A DNA stretch of 64,000 nt from Bacteroidia bacterium. GTDB taxonomy: Bacteria; Bacteroidota; Bacteroidia; UKL13-3. The notes beneath the pieces were generated by a model. It made no database searches. It was not told the origin of the DNA and worked only from the letters and a program-made list of their open reading frames with translations. The position numbers and the translations under genes were made by a program. Shown here piece after piece: positions 1 to 8,559 of this stretch. The first letter of the stretch is position 1; each line of letters opens with the position of its first letter. The stretch spans positions 52,036 to 116,035 of the forward strand of contig JBAYTR010000004.1 in the NCBI GenBank assembly GCA_041675505.1, read 5' to 3'.

Positions 1-1185
1 GTCAGCTTTGATGAACCCGTCAATGCGGGCATATACGTTGAAATGAAAATAGTCAAACAATCTTACGCACTCTTGCCGAATGCGGGTAATGTCGGCCTCC
101 GGTAAATCAATAGGTGTAATCTTGCGCGAGAGGCCAGGTAAATATTTCGAACGGTAATCAAATACTTCTTTACCTTTTACAATCTCGGTAGGCGGCAACG
201 CCACGGCTTGTCCTGATTCATTCTGAATCACAATACACGAGAACTCGCGGCCTTCAATAAACTCTTCAATAAGCACCTCACTCTCGCCCGATAATCCTTC
301 AATGGTAACTACTTCATGTTGCTTAAATTCCTGTTCAATGGAATGCAACAACTCATCGGCATTAAATATTTTTTGACCACCCACCAGAGCAGGTAGCCCA
401 ACTCCTTCGCGTATATCGGCCAAACGTAAAACCTCTTTTGCTTTTACATCAGCCGTTAGTGCTGCCCATTCGTTCCTGTGTAAAACGTGTCTGAAAAAAC
501 TCTGTTCTATGGCTTGCTGAAATGCATCAAAATGCAACTCGCGAAATACACTCACCCCTATTGACGAACCCTGATTGGCGGGTTTCATTACAAAGGGCAA
601 AGTCATGTGCTGCGACACCTCTTCAAAAATTGCTTTCCTATCGCCCCTGAACCAGTGATTACGTGCGATGGAAAACACCTTGGGCGATGCAAAACCTGCA
701 GCCTGTTGCCACTGTTTTTGTACTTTTTTATTGATGCCTATCGCAGAAGGCAATATACCGGAACCTGAATACGGAATTCCGGCCCACTCCAGTAAACCCT
801 GAATGGTACCGTCTTCGCCATAAGCCCCGTGTAAAGCTAAAAAGGCAAAATCTATCAGTTCTTTGAGTTCTTCCGGTTGCACTTTGCGACCTATTTTCTC
901 AATTAGTGCAATTTGTTGTGCCGGGGTTAACTCGCCCAGGTTCTCTGCATAAAATTGAAACTCCAGTTGTGTGGCAGGTAAAGCAGATACAGGCGGATAA
1001 AAATCACGTATGCTGCCTTTGTAAATAAACTGCCAGTTGAGCAGAATGATGTTATTAAAACTGTCTACAAACAAAGGAACAGCCTCAAACAGGTCTTTGT
1101 TCAGGTTATCATACACGGTGCGGCCACCGGCAAAAGACACTTCCCGCTCGCGCGAAGAACCGCCAAAAATGATTCCAATTCTCAT
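1..1185 (-). CDS. ddl: D-alanine--D-alanine ligase (N-terminal 395 codons; C-terminus lies beyond the window start)
   Basis: Absent from the ORF track because it runs off the window edge. My minus-strand translation from ATG 1185..1183 gives MRIGIIFGGSSREREVSFAGGRTVYDNL ... LHGAYGEDGTIQGLLEWAGIPYSGSG ... MKPANQGSSIGVS, which are classic Ddl N-terminal and ATP-grasp signatures. The frame stays open to base 1. Confidence 0.85.
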   Translation of the reverse strand, partial: MRIGIIFGGSSREREVSFAGGRTVYDNLNKDLFEAVPLFVDSFNNIILLNWQFIYKGSIRDFYPPVSALPATQLEFQFYAENLGELTPAQQIALIEKIGRKVQPEELKELIDFAFLALHGAYGEDGTIQGLLEWAGIPYSGSGILPSAIGINKKVQKQWQQAAGFASPKVFSIARNHWFRGDRKAIFEEVSQHMTLPFVMKPANQGSSIGVSVFRELHFDAFQQAIEQSFFRHVLHRNEWAALTADVKAKEVLRLADIREGVGLPALVGGQKIFNADELLHSIEQEFKQHEVVTIEGLSGESEVLIEEFIEGREFSCIVIQNESGQAVALPPTEIVKGKEVFDYRSKYLPGLSRKITPIDLPEADITRIRQECVRLFDYFHFNVYARIDGFIKAD

Positions 1186-1363
1186 GCAGCACAAATATAA
1201 GCGTATGCCCGTATTTCAAACAGGTAGTTTATAACCTCATTTGTGGAAAACCCTGAACACTGCTTAAGAACGGCAACAGCAGGGAATGTCCCGTAAACCC
1301 GAAAGCTGTTGTGGTATTTGTGGTGCAATTGTTGTAAAATCGTAGCTGTAAATTACAGATAAC

Positions 1364-1858
1364 ATGAGAAAAGTTGCCCTTACTTTAATGTGCCTCACCT
1401 TTGTGAGTGTATTTGCACAAAACACCCAATCATTACCTGATTTGGTTCTGAAAGACTTAAACGGAAAAAACAAAAACGTGAGTGATTACGCCAAAAGCGG
1501 AAAAATCACCATCATCTCTTTCTGGGCTACCTGGTGCTCTCCTTGCGTAAAAGAATTATCCAACATACAAGGCCTCATTGACGACTGGCGCAACAACTAC
1601 GATGTGCAACTGGTGGCAGTTACCATTGACAATGCGAAAAACTCACTCAAGGTAAAACCTTTTGTGGAAGGCAAAGGCTGGGACTACGATGTGTTGTTTG
1701 ACATTAATGAAGACCTGAAACGCGCCCTCAATGCACCTTCTGTTCCCTACACCATTCTGCTGGACAAAACCGGAAACATTGTGTATACCCACAACGGCTA
1801 CGTAGAAGGTGACGAGTTTGAACTGGAAAAGAAAATTAAAGAAATCGCCAAGAAGTAA
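1364..1858 (+). CDS. TlpA/ResA-like periplasmic thiol:disulfide oxidoreductase (thioredoxin fold)
   Basis: Signal peptide (MRKVALTLMCLTFVSVFAQ) and a WCSPC redox motif in the FWATWCSPCVKEL context. Confidence 0.8.
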   Translation: MRKVALTLMCLTFVSVFAQNTQSLPDLVLKDLNGKNKNVSDYAKSGKITIISFWATWCSPCVKELSNIQGLIDDWRNNYDVQLVAVTIDNAKNSLKVKPFVEGKGWDYDVLFDINEDLKRALNAPSVPYTILLDKTGNIVYTHNGYVEGDEFELEKKIKEIAKK

Positions 1859-1880
1859 TTCTTACCACTCCCATAACTGA

Positions 1881-1914
1881 AAAAGGCAACCCTCGGGTTG
1901 CCTTTTCTTTTTTT
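1881..1914. terminator. Bidirectional rho-independent terminator between convergent genes
   Basis: GC-rich stem aaggcaac(cc)/(gg)gttgcctt, preceded by an A-run and followed by ttcttttttt. Confidence 0.75.
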
Positions 1915-1926
1915 AATTAATGCTGT

Positions 1927-2211
1927 TTATAAACTCACGCGGTGAATGGCATTCACCGGAATACTTACTCCGCCTTTTAAGCTTATTTCTGTATCAGATG
2001 CGGCCCATACTGTTGTTTCTACAGCCTTTACACCGTCAGTTGTTTCAAAAGTAATGCGCATTTTGCCATGCTCTGCATTGCCCAGTACCATCGCTCGCTC
2101 CAGGTCCTGTCTTCTTTGAATAATTTCATCTTTGGTGCGCAGTACCTCGTGCTTGGGAAATTTCAGGTTAACAATTTCCTCTTTTTCAATAATGGTGGCT
2201 GAATTGTTCAT
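1927..2211 (-). CDS. Hypothetical protein (94 aa)
   Basis: An ORF with host-like composition that fills the gap between the terminator and the peptidase gene. No motif recognised. Confidence 0.55.
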   Translation of the reverse strand: MNNSATIIEKEEIVNLKFPKHEVLRTKDEIIQRRQDLERAMVLGNAEHGKMRITFETTDGVKAVETTVWAASDTEISLKGGVSIPVNAIHRVSL

Positions 2212-2262
2212 AAGTTCAGTGTTTATTTAGACTATCGAAATTACACATTTTTCTGAAAACTG

Positions 2263-4422
2263 CTATAAATTTTCCTTAAAATATTGTGTAATTTTTTTCA
2301 TCAGGTGCACCCTATCCGGTCCCAATACGTTGTGTTTGTGCCCGGGATATACAAAATAGTCCACCAACACGCCTTGTTTTACGCACTCCTCCAAAAACTT
2401 AAGACTGTGCTGCCACACCACCACATCATCAGAGGTGCCGTGTATCATCAACAATTTGCCTTTGAGTTTACCGGCATGGTTAAGCAGGTTCGACTCATCA
2501 AAACCTTTTTTGTTTTCCTGCGGAGTGCTCATGTACCGCTCAGTGTACATCACCTCGTACATGCTCCAGTCAATCACCGGACCACCGGCCACAGCAGCTT
2601 TGAACACTCCTGCATTTCGGGTCATCAGTGAGGTGGTCATAAAACCGCCAAAACTCCAGCCGTAAACTCCCATGCGTGTAGTGTCGACAAACGATTGATT
2701 TTTGAGGTAATTCACACCCTGCAACTGGTCGCTCATTTCTACGGTGCCCAATTGTAAATGTGTGGCCTGTTCAAAGTCGCGGCCACGGTTGAGTGAGCCA
2801 CGGTTATCTAATGTAAATACCACGTAGCCTTGCTGCGCCATGTACACCAGCCACAAATCGGCACCACCCATAAAGGTGTTGTTCACCAACTGCAGGTGCG
2901 GACCACCATACAAATACACCAGCACAGGATATTTTTTGGTGGCATCAAAGTTTAAAGGCTTAAACATGCGGCAGTGTAAATCGGTTGTGCCGTCAGCGGT
3001 TTTTAAGGTAAACATACTCATCTCCGGCAAGCGGTAATCTGCCAGCGGATTGGCTGCGGTTAAGAGGTTACGCACCGGCTTTCCGTCTGAACTGATTACA
3101 TCTATGTTACGCGGCACATTAACGGAAGTATAATTGTCAATAAAATGAGTGAAGCTGCTATTGAACTGAGCAGTATGTGTGGCAGAAACGCCTGCACTTA
3201 TTTTGGTGAGTTTACCCGATGAAATTTGTACGGCATAAATGTGACGCTCCAAAGGGCTTTCTTTGGTAGCCTGAATGTACACGTACTCCCCTTTGCTGTC
3301 AAAACCCAACACATCGGTAACTACCCAGGCGCCTTTGGTTAACTGACGAATCAATTTACCCTGGCGGTTGTAGAGGTACAAATGATTGTATCCGTCACGC
3401 TCACTTTGCCAGATAAATAAATCAGGTTGGCCGGTTACAAACTGCACCGGATGTTCGGGCTCTACGTACTTGGTTGATTTCTCTTCAAAAAGTGTTTTTA
3501 TAAAATCTCCGGTAAAGGCTGAATATTGATTCAACTGCATGTGGTTCTGTTCGCGGTTTAAAACGGCTACGTAAACCATTTCTTCATTCGGATCCCAGGC
3601 AATGTTGGTGAGGTACTGGTCGGAAGGGAAACCTGTTTTCAGTTCAATAACTGATTTAGACGAGGCTTCAAAAATGCCCACCTTTACCTGATGACTGGCT
3701 TTGCCGGCCATGGGGTAACGAATCATATCGGGTGTGGCAGGTTTTTTATTCAAATCCATTATCGGATACTCATCTACCATACTTTCATCCATGCGGTAGT
3801 AGGCCATGTACTTGCCTTTGGGCGACCAAAAAGTACCTTTGCTAATACCAAACTCATTGCGGTGAACAGTTTGTCCACTAACCATACCCTTCATGCTGTA
3901 TGATGTAACCTGTGCCACACTTTCACCAAAACTCACATACAGGTTATTCTCCAAGGTATAAGCCGCTGCATTGCTGGTGGGTTCAAAGTCTACATTTTCG
4001 GCTCTGTTGATTAAGCGGTTGATGACAAAACATTTTTTATTCTCCAAGTTGTAGAGGTAAAACGTGGTGCCATGGTAAAAACGAAACGACTTATCCGATA
4101 CCCAGCTTATGCCCGGGAAACGTGCCAAAGGCGAGGCTTTATCGTCTGCTGCTTTTACGGCTGCGGCCAGTTCATCTATGCTGAGGATGGTATCGTTTAC
4201 AGCCTGTTCTGCACTTGTAAGAATCAACACATCTTTCTCTGCTCGTTTACCAATAAAGGAAATTTTAGTAGTGCCCGTTACCCAGTTCAGTTGGTTTAAA
4301 CGTGCGGGGGCCAGCGTACTGCGCCCTTTCATCACCGCATCTTCTATGGTGAGTAACTTGTTTTGAGCAAAACCACTCAGGCTCAGCAACAGCACAATGG
4401 CTGCAAATACTATTCTTTTCAT
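2263..4422 (-). CDS. Dipeptidyl-peptidase IV-like S9B serine peptidase
   Basis: 719 aa with a signal peptide and a long beta-propeller-like N-region. The C-terminal alpha/beta hydrolase carries the GWSFGG nucleophile elbow, plus GTSDDVV (Asp) and YPGHKHNV (His). Confidence 0.85.
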   Translation of the reverse strand: MKRIVFAAIVLLLSLSGFAQNKLLTIEDAVMKGRSTLAPARLNQLNWVTGTTKISFIGKRAEKDVLILTSAEQAVNDTILSIDELAAAVKAADDKASPLARFPGISWVSDKSFRFYHGTTFYLYNLENKKCFVINRLINRAENVDFEPTSNAAAYTLENNLYVSFGESVAQVTSYSMKGMVSGQTVHRNEFGISKGTFWSPKGKYMAYYRMDESMVDEYPIMDLNKKPATPDMIRYPMAGKASHQVKVGIFEASSKSVIELKTGFPSDQYLTNIAWDPNEEMVYVAVLNREQNHMQLNQYSAFTGDFIKTLFEEKSTKYVEPEHPVQFVTGQPDLFIWQSERDGYNHLYLYNRQGKLIRQLTKGAWVVTDVLGFDSKGEYVYIQATKESPLERHIYAVQISSGKLTKISAGVSATHTAQFNSSFTHFIDNYTSVNVPRNIDVISSDGKPVRNLLTAANPLADYRLPEMSMFTLKTADGTTDLHCRMFKPLNFDATKKYPVLVYLYGGPHLQLVNNTFMGGADLWLVYMAQQGYVVFTLDNRGSLNRGRDFEQATHLQLGTVEMSDQLQGVNYLKNQSFVDTTRMGVYGWSFGGFMTTSLMTRNAGVFKAAVAGGPVIDWSMYEVMYTERYMSTPQENKKGFDESNLLNHAGKLKGKLLMIHGTSDDVVVWQHSLKFLEECVKQGVLVDYFVYPGHKHNVLGPDRVHLMKKITQYFKENL

Positions 4423-4488
4423 CCCTTGTATATTTTTATTCGTCTAATTTTTGTGTTCAACGGCACAAGTACACTTATTTTGCAGCAA

Positions 4489-4959
4489 ATGTCAACTAAA
4501 ATACGATTAGCTTATAGTTTTTTACTACTAACGGCCATCTCCTTAAGCAGCTGTGAAACGCACCCGCCATTGGAGAACCCCGACCCCTACATAGGACCAA
4601 CGGTGGCAGAGAACATTGTGCTCACCCTAACCAACGACTCCAACAAAACCTGGCGACCCGTTTACCGTATAATTGATAACGTTATAGAACCGCTGGACGA
4701 TTGCGAAAAAGACGACCTGTGGACGTTTAAGAAAAACGGGGATTTGTTTAAGCAGCACTTTACCACCTTTTGTTTTGTAAACGAACCCGAACAGGAAACC
4801 CTCAATTGGGGCAAAGAACCCGCAGGAGCATTCATTAAAATAGGCAACCTCACCTACCCTGTAAAACACCTGACCGATACAGAACTGATGCTCAAATACC
4901 AGGTATATAAAAACGGCATTCCCGTTAATGCATTACTGGCGTTTATAGTGGTGAGGTAA
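4489..4959 (+). CDS. Lipoprotein, possibly lipocalin-like
   Basis: The internal ATG at 4489 gives MSTKIRLAYSFLLLTAISLSSC, a signal peptide plus lipobox Cys. The upstream part of track ORF 4363.. overlaps the peptidase gene and is unlikely to be real. Confidence 0.65.
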   Translation: MSTKIRLAYSFLLLTAISLSSCETHPPLENPDPYIGPTVAENIVLTLTNDSNKTWRPVYRIIDNVIEPLDDCEKDDLWTFKKNGDLFKQHFTTFCFVNEPEQETLNWGKEPAGAFIKIGNLTYPVKHLTDTELMLKYQVYKNGIPVNALLAFIVVR

Positions 4960-4996
4960 CTCTTAGGAGAAGATTCAATTTGCTTTTGAAATATTG

Positions 4997-5028
4997 TCGT
5001 TATGAAGAATGAACATTCTTAATGACGA
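4997..5028. terminator. Imperfect 15-bp inverted repeat between convergent genes
   Basis: tcgttatgaagaatg / cattcttaatgacga, with 13 of 15 positions complementary. It lies directly between the stops at 4959 (+) and 5031 (-). Confidence 0.4.
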
Positions 5029-5030
5029 TA

Positions 5031-5357
5031 TCACTTATGAAAATTCCGGCTAAGAATATTACCTGTTTCTATATCAACAGCATATTGCGAACCATCCCAA
5101 TTTATAACCAAAATATCACCATTACCGGATTCCATTATATTAACAAATGGGCTGTTTTCATATAGATAATCTAGCTTACTAATCTGCCAGATAGTATTAC
5201 CATTTAACCCAACACAATATACATTCTCATTAAAAATAACTTTTGGGGGAATATTCAAAAGAACTAAAACTCTATTCTGAGAAACAATACATTTTGTAAT
5301 AGGAAATGGAAACTTTACCTCTTCATTTAACAATAACTTATTGCCTTCTATCTTCAT
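5031..5357 (-). CDS. Hypothetical small protein (108 aa), AT-rich island
   Basis: ORF 5031..5405 trimmed to the ATG at 5357 (MKIEGNKLLL), which removes the 35-nt overlap with the upstream gene. No recognised motif. Confidence 0.5.
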   Translation of the reverse strand: MKIEGNKLLLNEEVKFPFPITKCIVSQNRVLVLLNIPPKVIFNENVYCVGLNGNTIWQISKLDYLYENSPFVNIMESGNGDILVINWDGSQYAVDIETGNILSRNFHK

Positions 5358-5370
5358 GTGATTTAGACTT

Positions 5371-5817
5371 TTATTCTTCAGTTCTATCTGAAACCTTTTT
5401 AGCAAAATAAAGTATTAATACTTGGTATAAAAACATCCCTAGGGTATGCAAAGTTATTTCTGTTGTGGCAGTATGTCCAACAGTATATTGCAGAGCTTTT
5501 TGTGCCATATTAAAAATCAAAGAAAAGTTAGTTGTTATTCCTAACAATATATCAGCATGTTTAAAATCATATTCTGGAATGATTAAACATAATTTCCATG
5601 TAAGCGAAAACAAAGGGAACCAAAGGAAAGATTTTTCTATAAATAGCGAAAATAAGAACAAAAAGAGGCAGTAAACGAATGGTAAGCTAAATATATATTC
5701 AAAATAAACACCCTTAAAACCAATATCATCAACCACATTAATTATGAGATAGCACAATAAATTAATCATGCTAAAAATAAAGAATGAAACTATCGAAAAT
5801 TTAATTTTCTTTTTCAT
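5371..5817 (-). CDS. Hypothetical multi-pass membrane protein (148 aa), AT-rich island
   Basis: Four to five hydrophobic segments (IVSFFIFSMINLLCYLIINVV, FVYCLFLFLFSLFI and others). No recognised family. Confidence 0.55.
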   Translation of the reverse strand: MKKKIKFSIVSFFIFSMINLLCYLIINVVDDIGFKGVYFEYIFSLPFVYCLFLFLFSLFIEKSFLWFPLFSLTWKLCLIIPEYDFKHADILLGITTNFSLIFNMAQKALQYTVGHTATTEITLHTLGMFLYQVLILYFAKKVSDRTEE

Positions 5818-5828
5818 TTTCTTTTTCA

Positions 5829-5854
5829 GTGCTGTCAGTTGCTACAACTGACAG
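5829..5854. repeat. 26-bp palindromic intergenic element, copy 1 (inverted relative to copies 2 and 3)
   Basis: gtgCTGTCAGTTGctaCAACTGACAG: a perfect 10-bp stem with a 3-nt loop, 12 nt upstream of the start codon at 5817. Confidence 0.85.
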
Positions 5855-5884
5855 GCAATATTATCAGTTAATTCTATCATTTCC

Positions 5885-6304
5885 TTACCCTTCCAGCATC
5901 AAAACAAAAAATAGAAAAAATAAAATACTCACTACAATAATGCCTATGAAACCTAAAAATCCGTATTTCATGTATTGCCAGGCTTCCTTGTATTTTCTCG
6001 TATATCCGTTTGATTTAAACGTACTGGCTACTGACCAAGGAATAACACCCCAAAAGAATACTATAAACAACGCTCTTTGTATCGCATCCAGCGGTTCATT
6101 TTCCTTTTGCAGGTGTGTTACCTCTTTAATTTGTATATCGTCCTGTGCATTTTTCATCTGCACATCAGATAAATTCCTTTTCTGAATTTCCATCTCGGCT
6201 GCTAGAACTGCCTCCGGTTGATAGTCTCCCCTAAGTTTTGTAACTATCTCCAGTAAGTCACTATCCGACCGTTTAGACATTACTGCTGCAAATTCGTTTT
6301 TCAT
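5885..6304 (-). CDS. Hypothetical membrane protein (139 aa), AT-rich island
   Basis: Soluble helical N-domain (SDSDLLEIVTKLRGDYQPEAVLAAEMEIQKRN) followed by two hydrophobic segments. Confidence 0.6.
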   Translation of the reverse strand: MKNEFAAVMSKRSDSDLLEIVTKLRGDYQPEAVLAAEMEIQKRNLSDVQMKNAQDDIQIKEVTHLQKENEPLDAIQRALFIVFFWGVIPWSVASTFKSNGYTRKYKEAWQYMKYGFLGFIGIIVVSILFFLFFVLMLEG

Positions 6305-6322
6305 ATTATTACTATTACTGCT

Positions 6323-6348
6323 CTGTCAGTTGTAGCAACTGACAGCAC
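6323..6348. repeat. 26-bp palindromic intergenic element, copy 2
   Basis: CTGTCAGTTGtagCAACTGACAGcac: a perfect 10-bp stem, 19 nt upstream of the start codon at 6304. Confidence 0.85.
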
Positions 6349-6372
6349 GCTAGGTTACTTTGTTTTGTACAT

Positions 6373-7398
6373 TTAATCGCAAACTACGTAGCATAAACTA
6401 TCACTTACCTTTACCTGAGAAATTTTAGCTCCCATTTCAATAGTATCTATTAGCCTGATTGCACCCTTGTCCAATACTGATAGATAAAGTTTAGTGCTAT
6501 CTGATACAAGTAAGCTGTTCCCTAGTCTCAAAATTTGTTTTGGATTAGAAACCTTAAAATCAGCGTTGATATACGTTGATGAATTCTTCTTGTGCTGAAT
6601 CAAACTGAAATTTCCCCACTGATTGATTGTAATAATGGAGTCGTTAGAATAAAAACAGTAATCAAGTATAGGATTATCAAGCTGATTAAATGAGTGTAGC
6701 GTGTCTTCTTTGAAAATATTCGTTACAGTTAGATTTTGTCGGCTGTCCATTACACCAATCCAGTTGTCGTCAGGAGATATTCGTAAACTATGAAAAGACC
6801 ATTTCACTTCAAGAAAATGCATACTTATAATTCTTTCAAGTATTTCAATTGTATTATCGTTTTTCTTTCCTTTCCTAAGCTTGTACTCTTTATTTAATTT
6901 TCGATGTGGCAAAATGGTATGCAAAATCAAAGTTGATCCGCAGCTATCGCAGTTATCGTAATAGTCTGCCAAAAAAGCCATGTACTTTAAATTACTGGCA
7001 AACTCAAGCTCCTTTAAAAATAACGGATAAATAGCTGACATATAATTTCTGTCTTCCTCTGTGTTATACTCCTCTAAAGTGCCTTGTTTGAATATATAAC
7101 CAACATTTGTAGTGCGAGGTCTTATTCTTGCAGCTGCTGTAATATTTGGCAACTTTCGTTCGCGAAGAAGTACCTTATCTCTGAATTTACCGTCAATTGA
7201 TCTTAGCGAACCAACTCCTGAACTATCAACTGTCAGATAAAGTTTACCTCTTGCATCAAAATGCAAAAGTTGGTGTTCTGTTATAGAATCTTTTTTACTG
7301 AGTAAATTTCCATCCAATTCAAAAATGTGAATTTCACTTTTTGTCTGTCCATTAGTAAACAGCGGGAAAAAGAAGAGTAATATTTGCAGTAGTTTCAT
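6373..7398 (-). CDS. Hypothetical secreted protein (341 aa), AT-rich island
   Basis: N-terminal signal peptide (MKLLQILLFFFPLFTNGQ). Appears beta-rich; no recognised motif. Confidence 0.6.
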   Translation of the reverse strand: MKLLQILLFFFPLFTNGQTKSEIHIFELDGNLLSKKDSITEHQLLHFDARGKLYLTVDSSGVGSLRSIDGKFRDKVLLRERKLPNITAAARIRPRTTNVGYIFKQGTLEEYNTEEDRNYMSAIYPLFLKELEFASNLKYMAFLADYYDNCDSCGSTLILHTILPHRKLNKEYKLRKGKKNDNTIEILERIISMHFLEVKWSFHSLRISPDDNWIGVMDSRQNLTVTNIFKEDTLHSFNQLDNPILDYCFYSNDSIITINQWGNFSLIQHKKNSSTYINADFKVSNPKQILRLGNSLLVSDSTKLYLSVLDKGAIRLIDTIEMGAKISQVKVSDSLCYVVCD

Positions 7399-7411
7399 TT
7401 AGTTTTTACTA

Positions 7412-7436
7412 TGTCAGTTGTAGCGGCTGACAGCAC
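7412..7436. repeat. Palindromic intergenic element, copy 3 (degenerate)
   Basis: TGTCAGttgtagcggCTGACAGcac shares both arms and the trailing gcac with copy 2. It lies 14 nt upstream of the start codon at 7398. Confidence 0.75.
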
Positions 7437-7507
7437 TTTACCAATGCAATATACACTGTTTTTTAAATATGCTGGGAGGTTGAATACTCTCCCTTACCAC
7501 AAAACAA

Positions 7508-8509
7508 TTACCCGTTGAACCGTGCAGAGGGGGATACTGTTTGATCAGCAAAATCATTCGCGAGGTACTTAAAATATGCGGCCATAGCAATCATACCTGC
7601 ATTATCGGTACAGTATTGAAACGCGGGGATGTAAACCGTCCAGCCCATAGTGTTGCCTTCATCTTGTAAAGCCTTGCGCAAACCGCTGTTGGCCGATACA
7701 CCACCGGCAATGGCCACGTGTGTGATGCCCGTATCTTTTACTGCTTTCTTCAACTTTAACATCAGTTGTTTGATGATGGTGTATTGCACCGAGGCACACA
7801 AATCGGCCAGGTGTTGTGCAATAAAACCCTCCGGCTGCTTTTGCAAAAAGTACAGCACCGCAGTTTTTAAACCGCTAAAACTGTAATCGTACTCCGGCAT
7901 ACGCGAAACCGGAAACTCAAAAGCCAGCGGGTTGCCGTGTTGTGCGTGTTGATCAATCAACGGTCCGCCCGGGTAAGGCAGTCCCATCACTTTGGCAATT
8001 TTATCAAAGGCCTCTCCCGCTGCATCGTCAATGGTTTCGCCCAGCACCTGCATATCAGTTGCTGAGTTTACCCGCACAATTTGGGTATGACCGCCTGATA
8101 CCGTAAGACACAGGTAAGGAAAAGGCGGAACGGGTTCATCAATAAAATGGGCCAGCACGTGTGCCTGCATGTGGTGTACTTCAATCAACGGAATGTTTAA
8201 AGCCAGTGCCATAGCTTTGGCAAAAGACACCCCTACCAGCAAAGAGCCCAATAAACCGGGGCCACGGGTAAAGGCAATGGCACTTAATTGCGATTTTTGA
8301 ATACCTGCTTTTTGCAGGGCCACATCTACTACGGGCACTATGTTTTGCTGGTGTGCACGCGAGGCCAGCTCGGGTACTACGCCACCATACAGGCGGTGCA
8401 CTTCTTGTCCGGCTACCACGTTGGCAAGTATTTTGCCATTGTGCAGCACGGCCGCTGCTGTGTCGTCACACGAAGACTCTATCGCTAAAATGTATACCTC
8501 TTTATGCAA
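7508..8509 (-). CDS. tsaD: tRNA N6-adenosine threonylcarbamoyltransferase
   Basis: ILAIESSCDDTAAAV N-terminus plus the HHMQAH metal motif, GGVSAN and the overall Kae1/Gcp pattern. Confidence 0.9.
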   Translation of the reverse strand: MHKEVYILAIESSCDDTAAAVLHNGKILANVVAGQEVHRLYGGVVPELASRAHQQNIVPVVDVALQKAGIQKSQLSAIAFTRGPGLLGSLLVGVSFAKAMALALNIPLIEVHHMQAHVLAHFIDEPVPPFPYLCLTVSGGHTQIVRVNSATDMQVLGETIDDAAGEAFDKIAKVMGLPYPGGPLIDQHAQHGNPLAFEFPVSRMPEYDYSFSGLKTAVLYFLQKQPEGFIAQHLADLCASVQYTIIKQLMLKLKKAVKDTGITHVAIAGGVSANSGLRKALQDEGNTMGWTVYIPAFQYCTDNAGMIAMAAYFKYLANDFADQTVSPSARFNG

Positions 8510-8559
8510 AACTTTCGTTTTTTAATGGCCTGTTACTGTAGTATTTTTGGAACGTCCCC

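Noticed and set aside
2284-4366. Several 65-115-aa + strand ORFs lie inside the peptidase gene region (2284..2631, 2435..2665, 2840..3037, 3691..3903, 4072..4299, 4109..4366).
   Set aside because: All are antisense to a 719-aa ORF with clear S9 peptidase motifs. They have no motifs of their own and are typical shadow ORFs.
4363-4488. The ORF track suggests N-terminal extensions for several genes: 4363, 25668, 35763, 47233, 48833, 54768, 59240 (-), 60579 and 62633.
   Set aside because: In each case a downstream ATG gives a proper signal peptide or family N-terminus and removes an overlap with the neighbouring gene. The extensions translate intergenic or neighbouring-gene sequence.
5829-7436. 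I considered that the repeated palindromes between co-oriented orphan genes are integron attC sites, making this a cassette array or CALIN.
   Set aside because: The elements are only 25-26 bp, whereas attC sites are about 57 bp or more. They lack recognisable R/L box structure, GTTRRRY cores and extrahelical-base asymmetry, and no intI gene is present. I kept them as a generic repeat finding instead.
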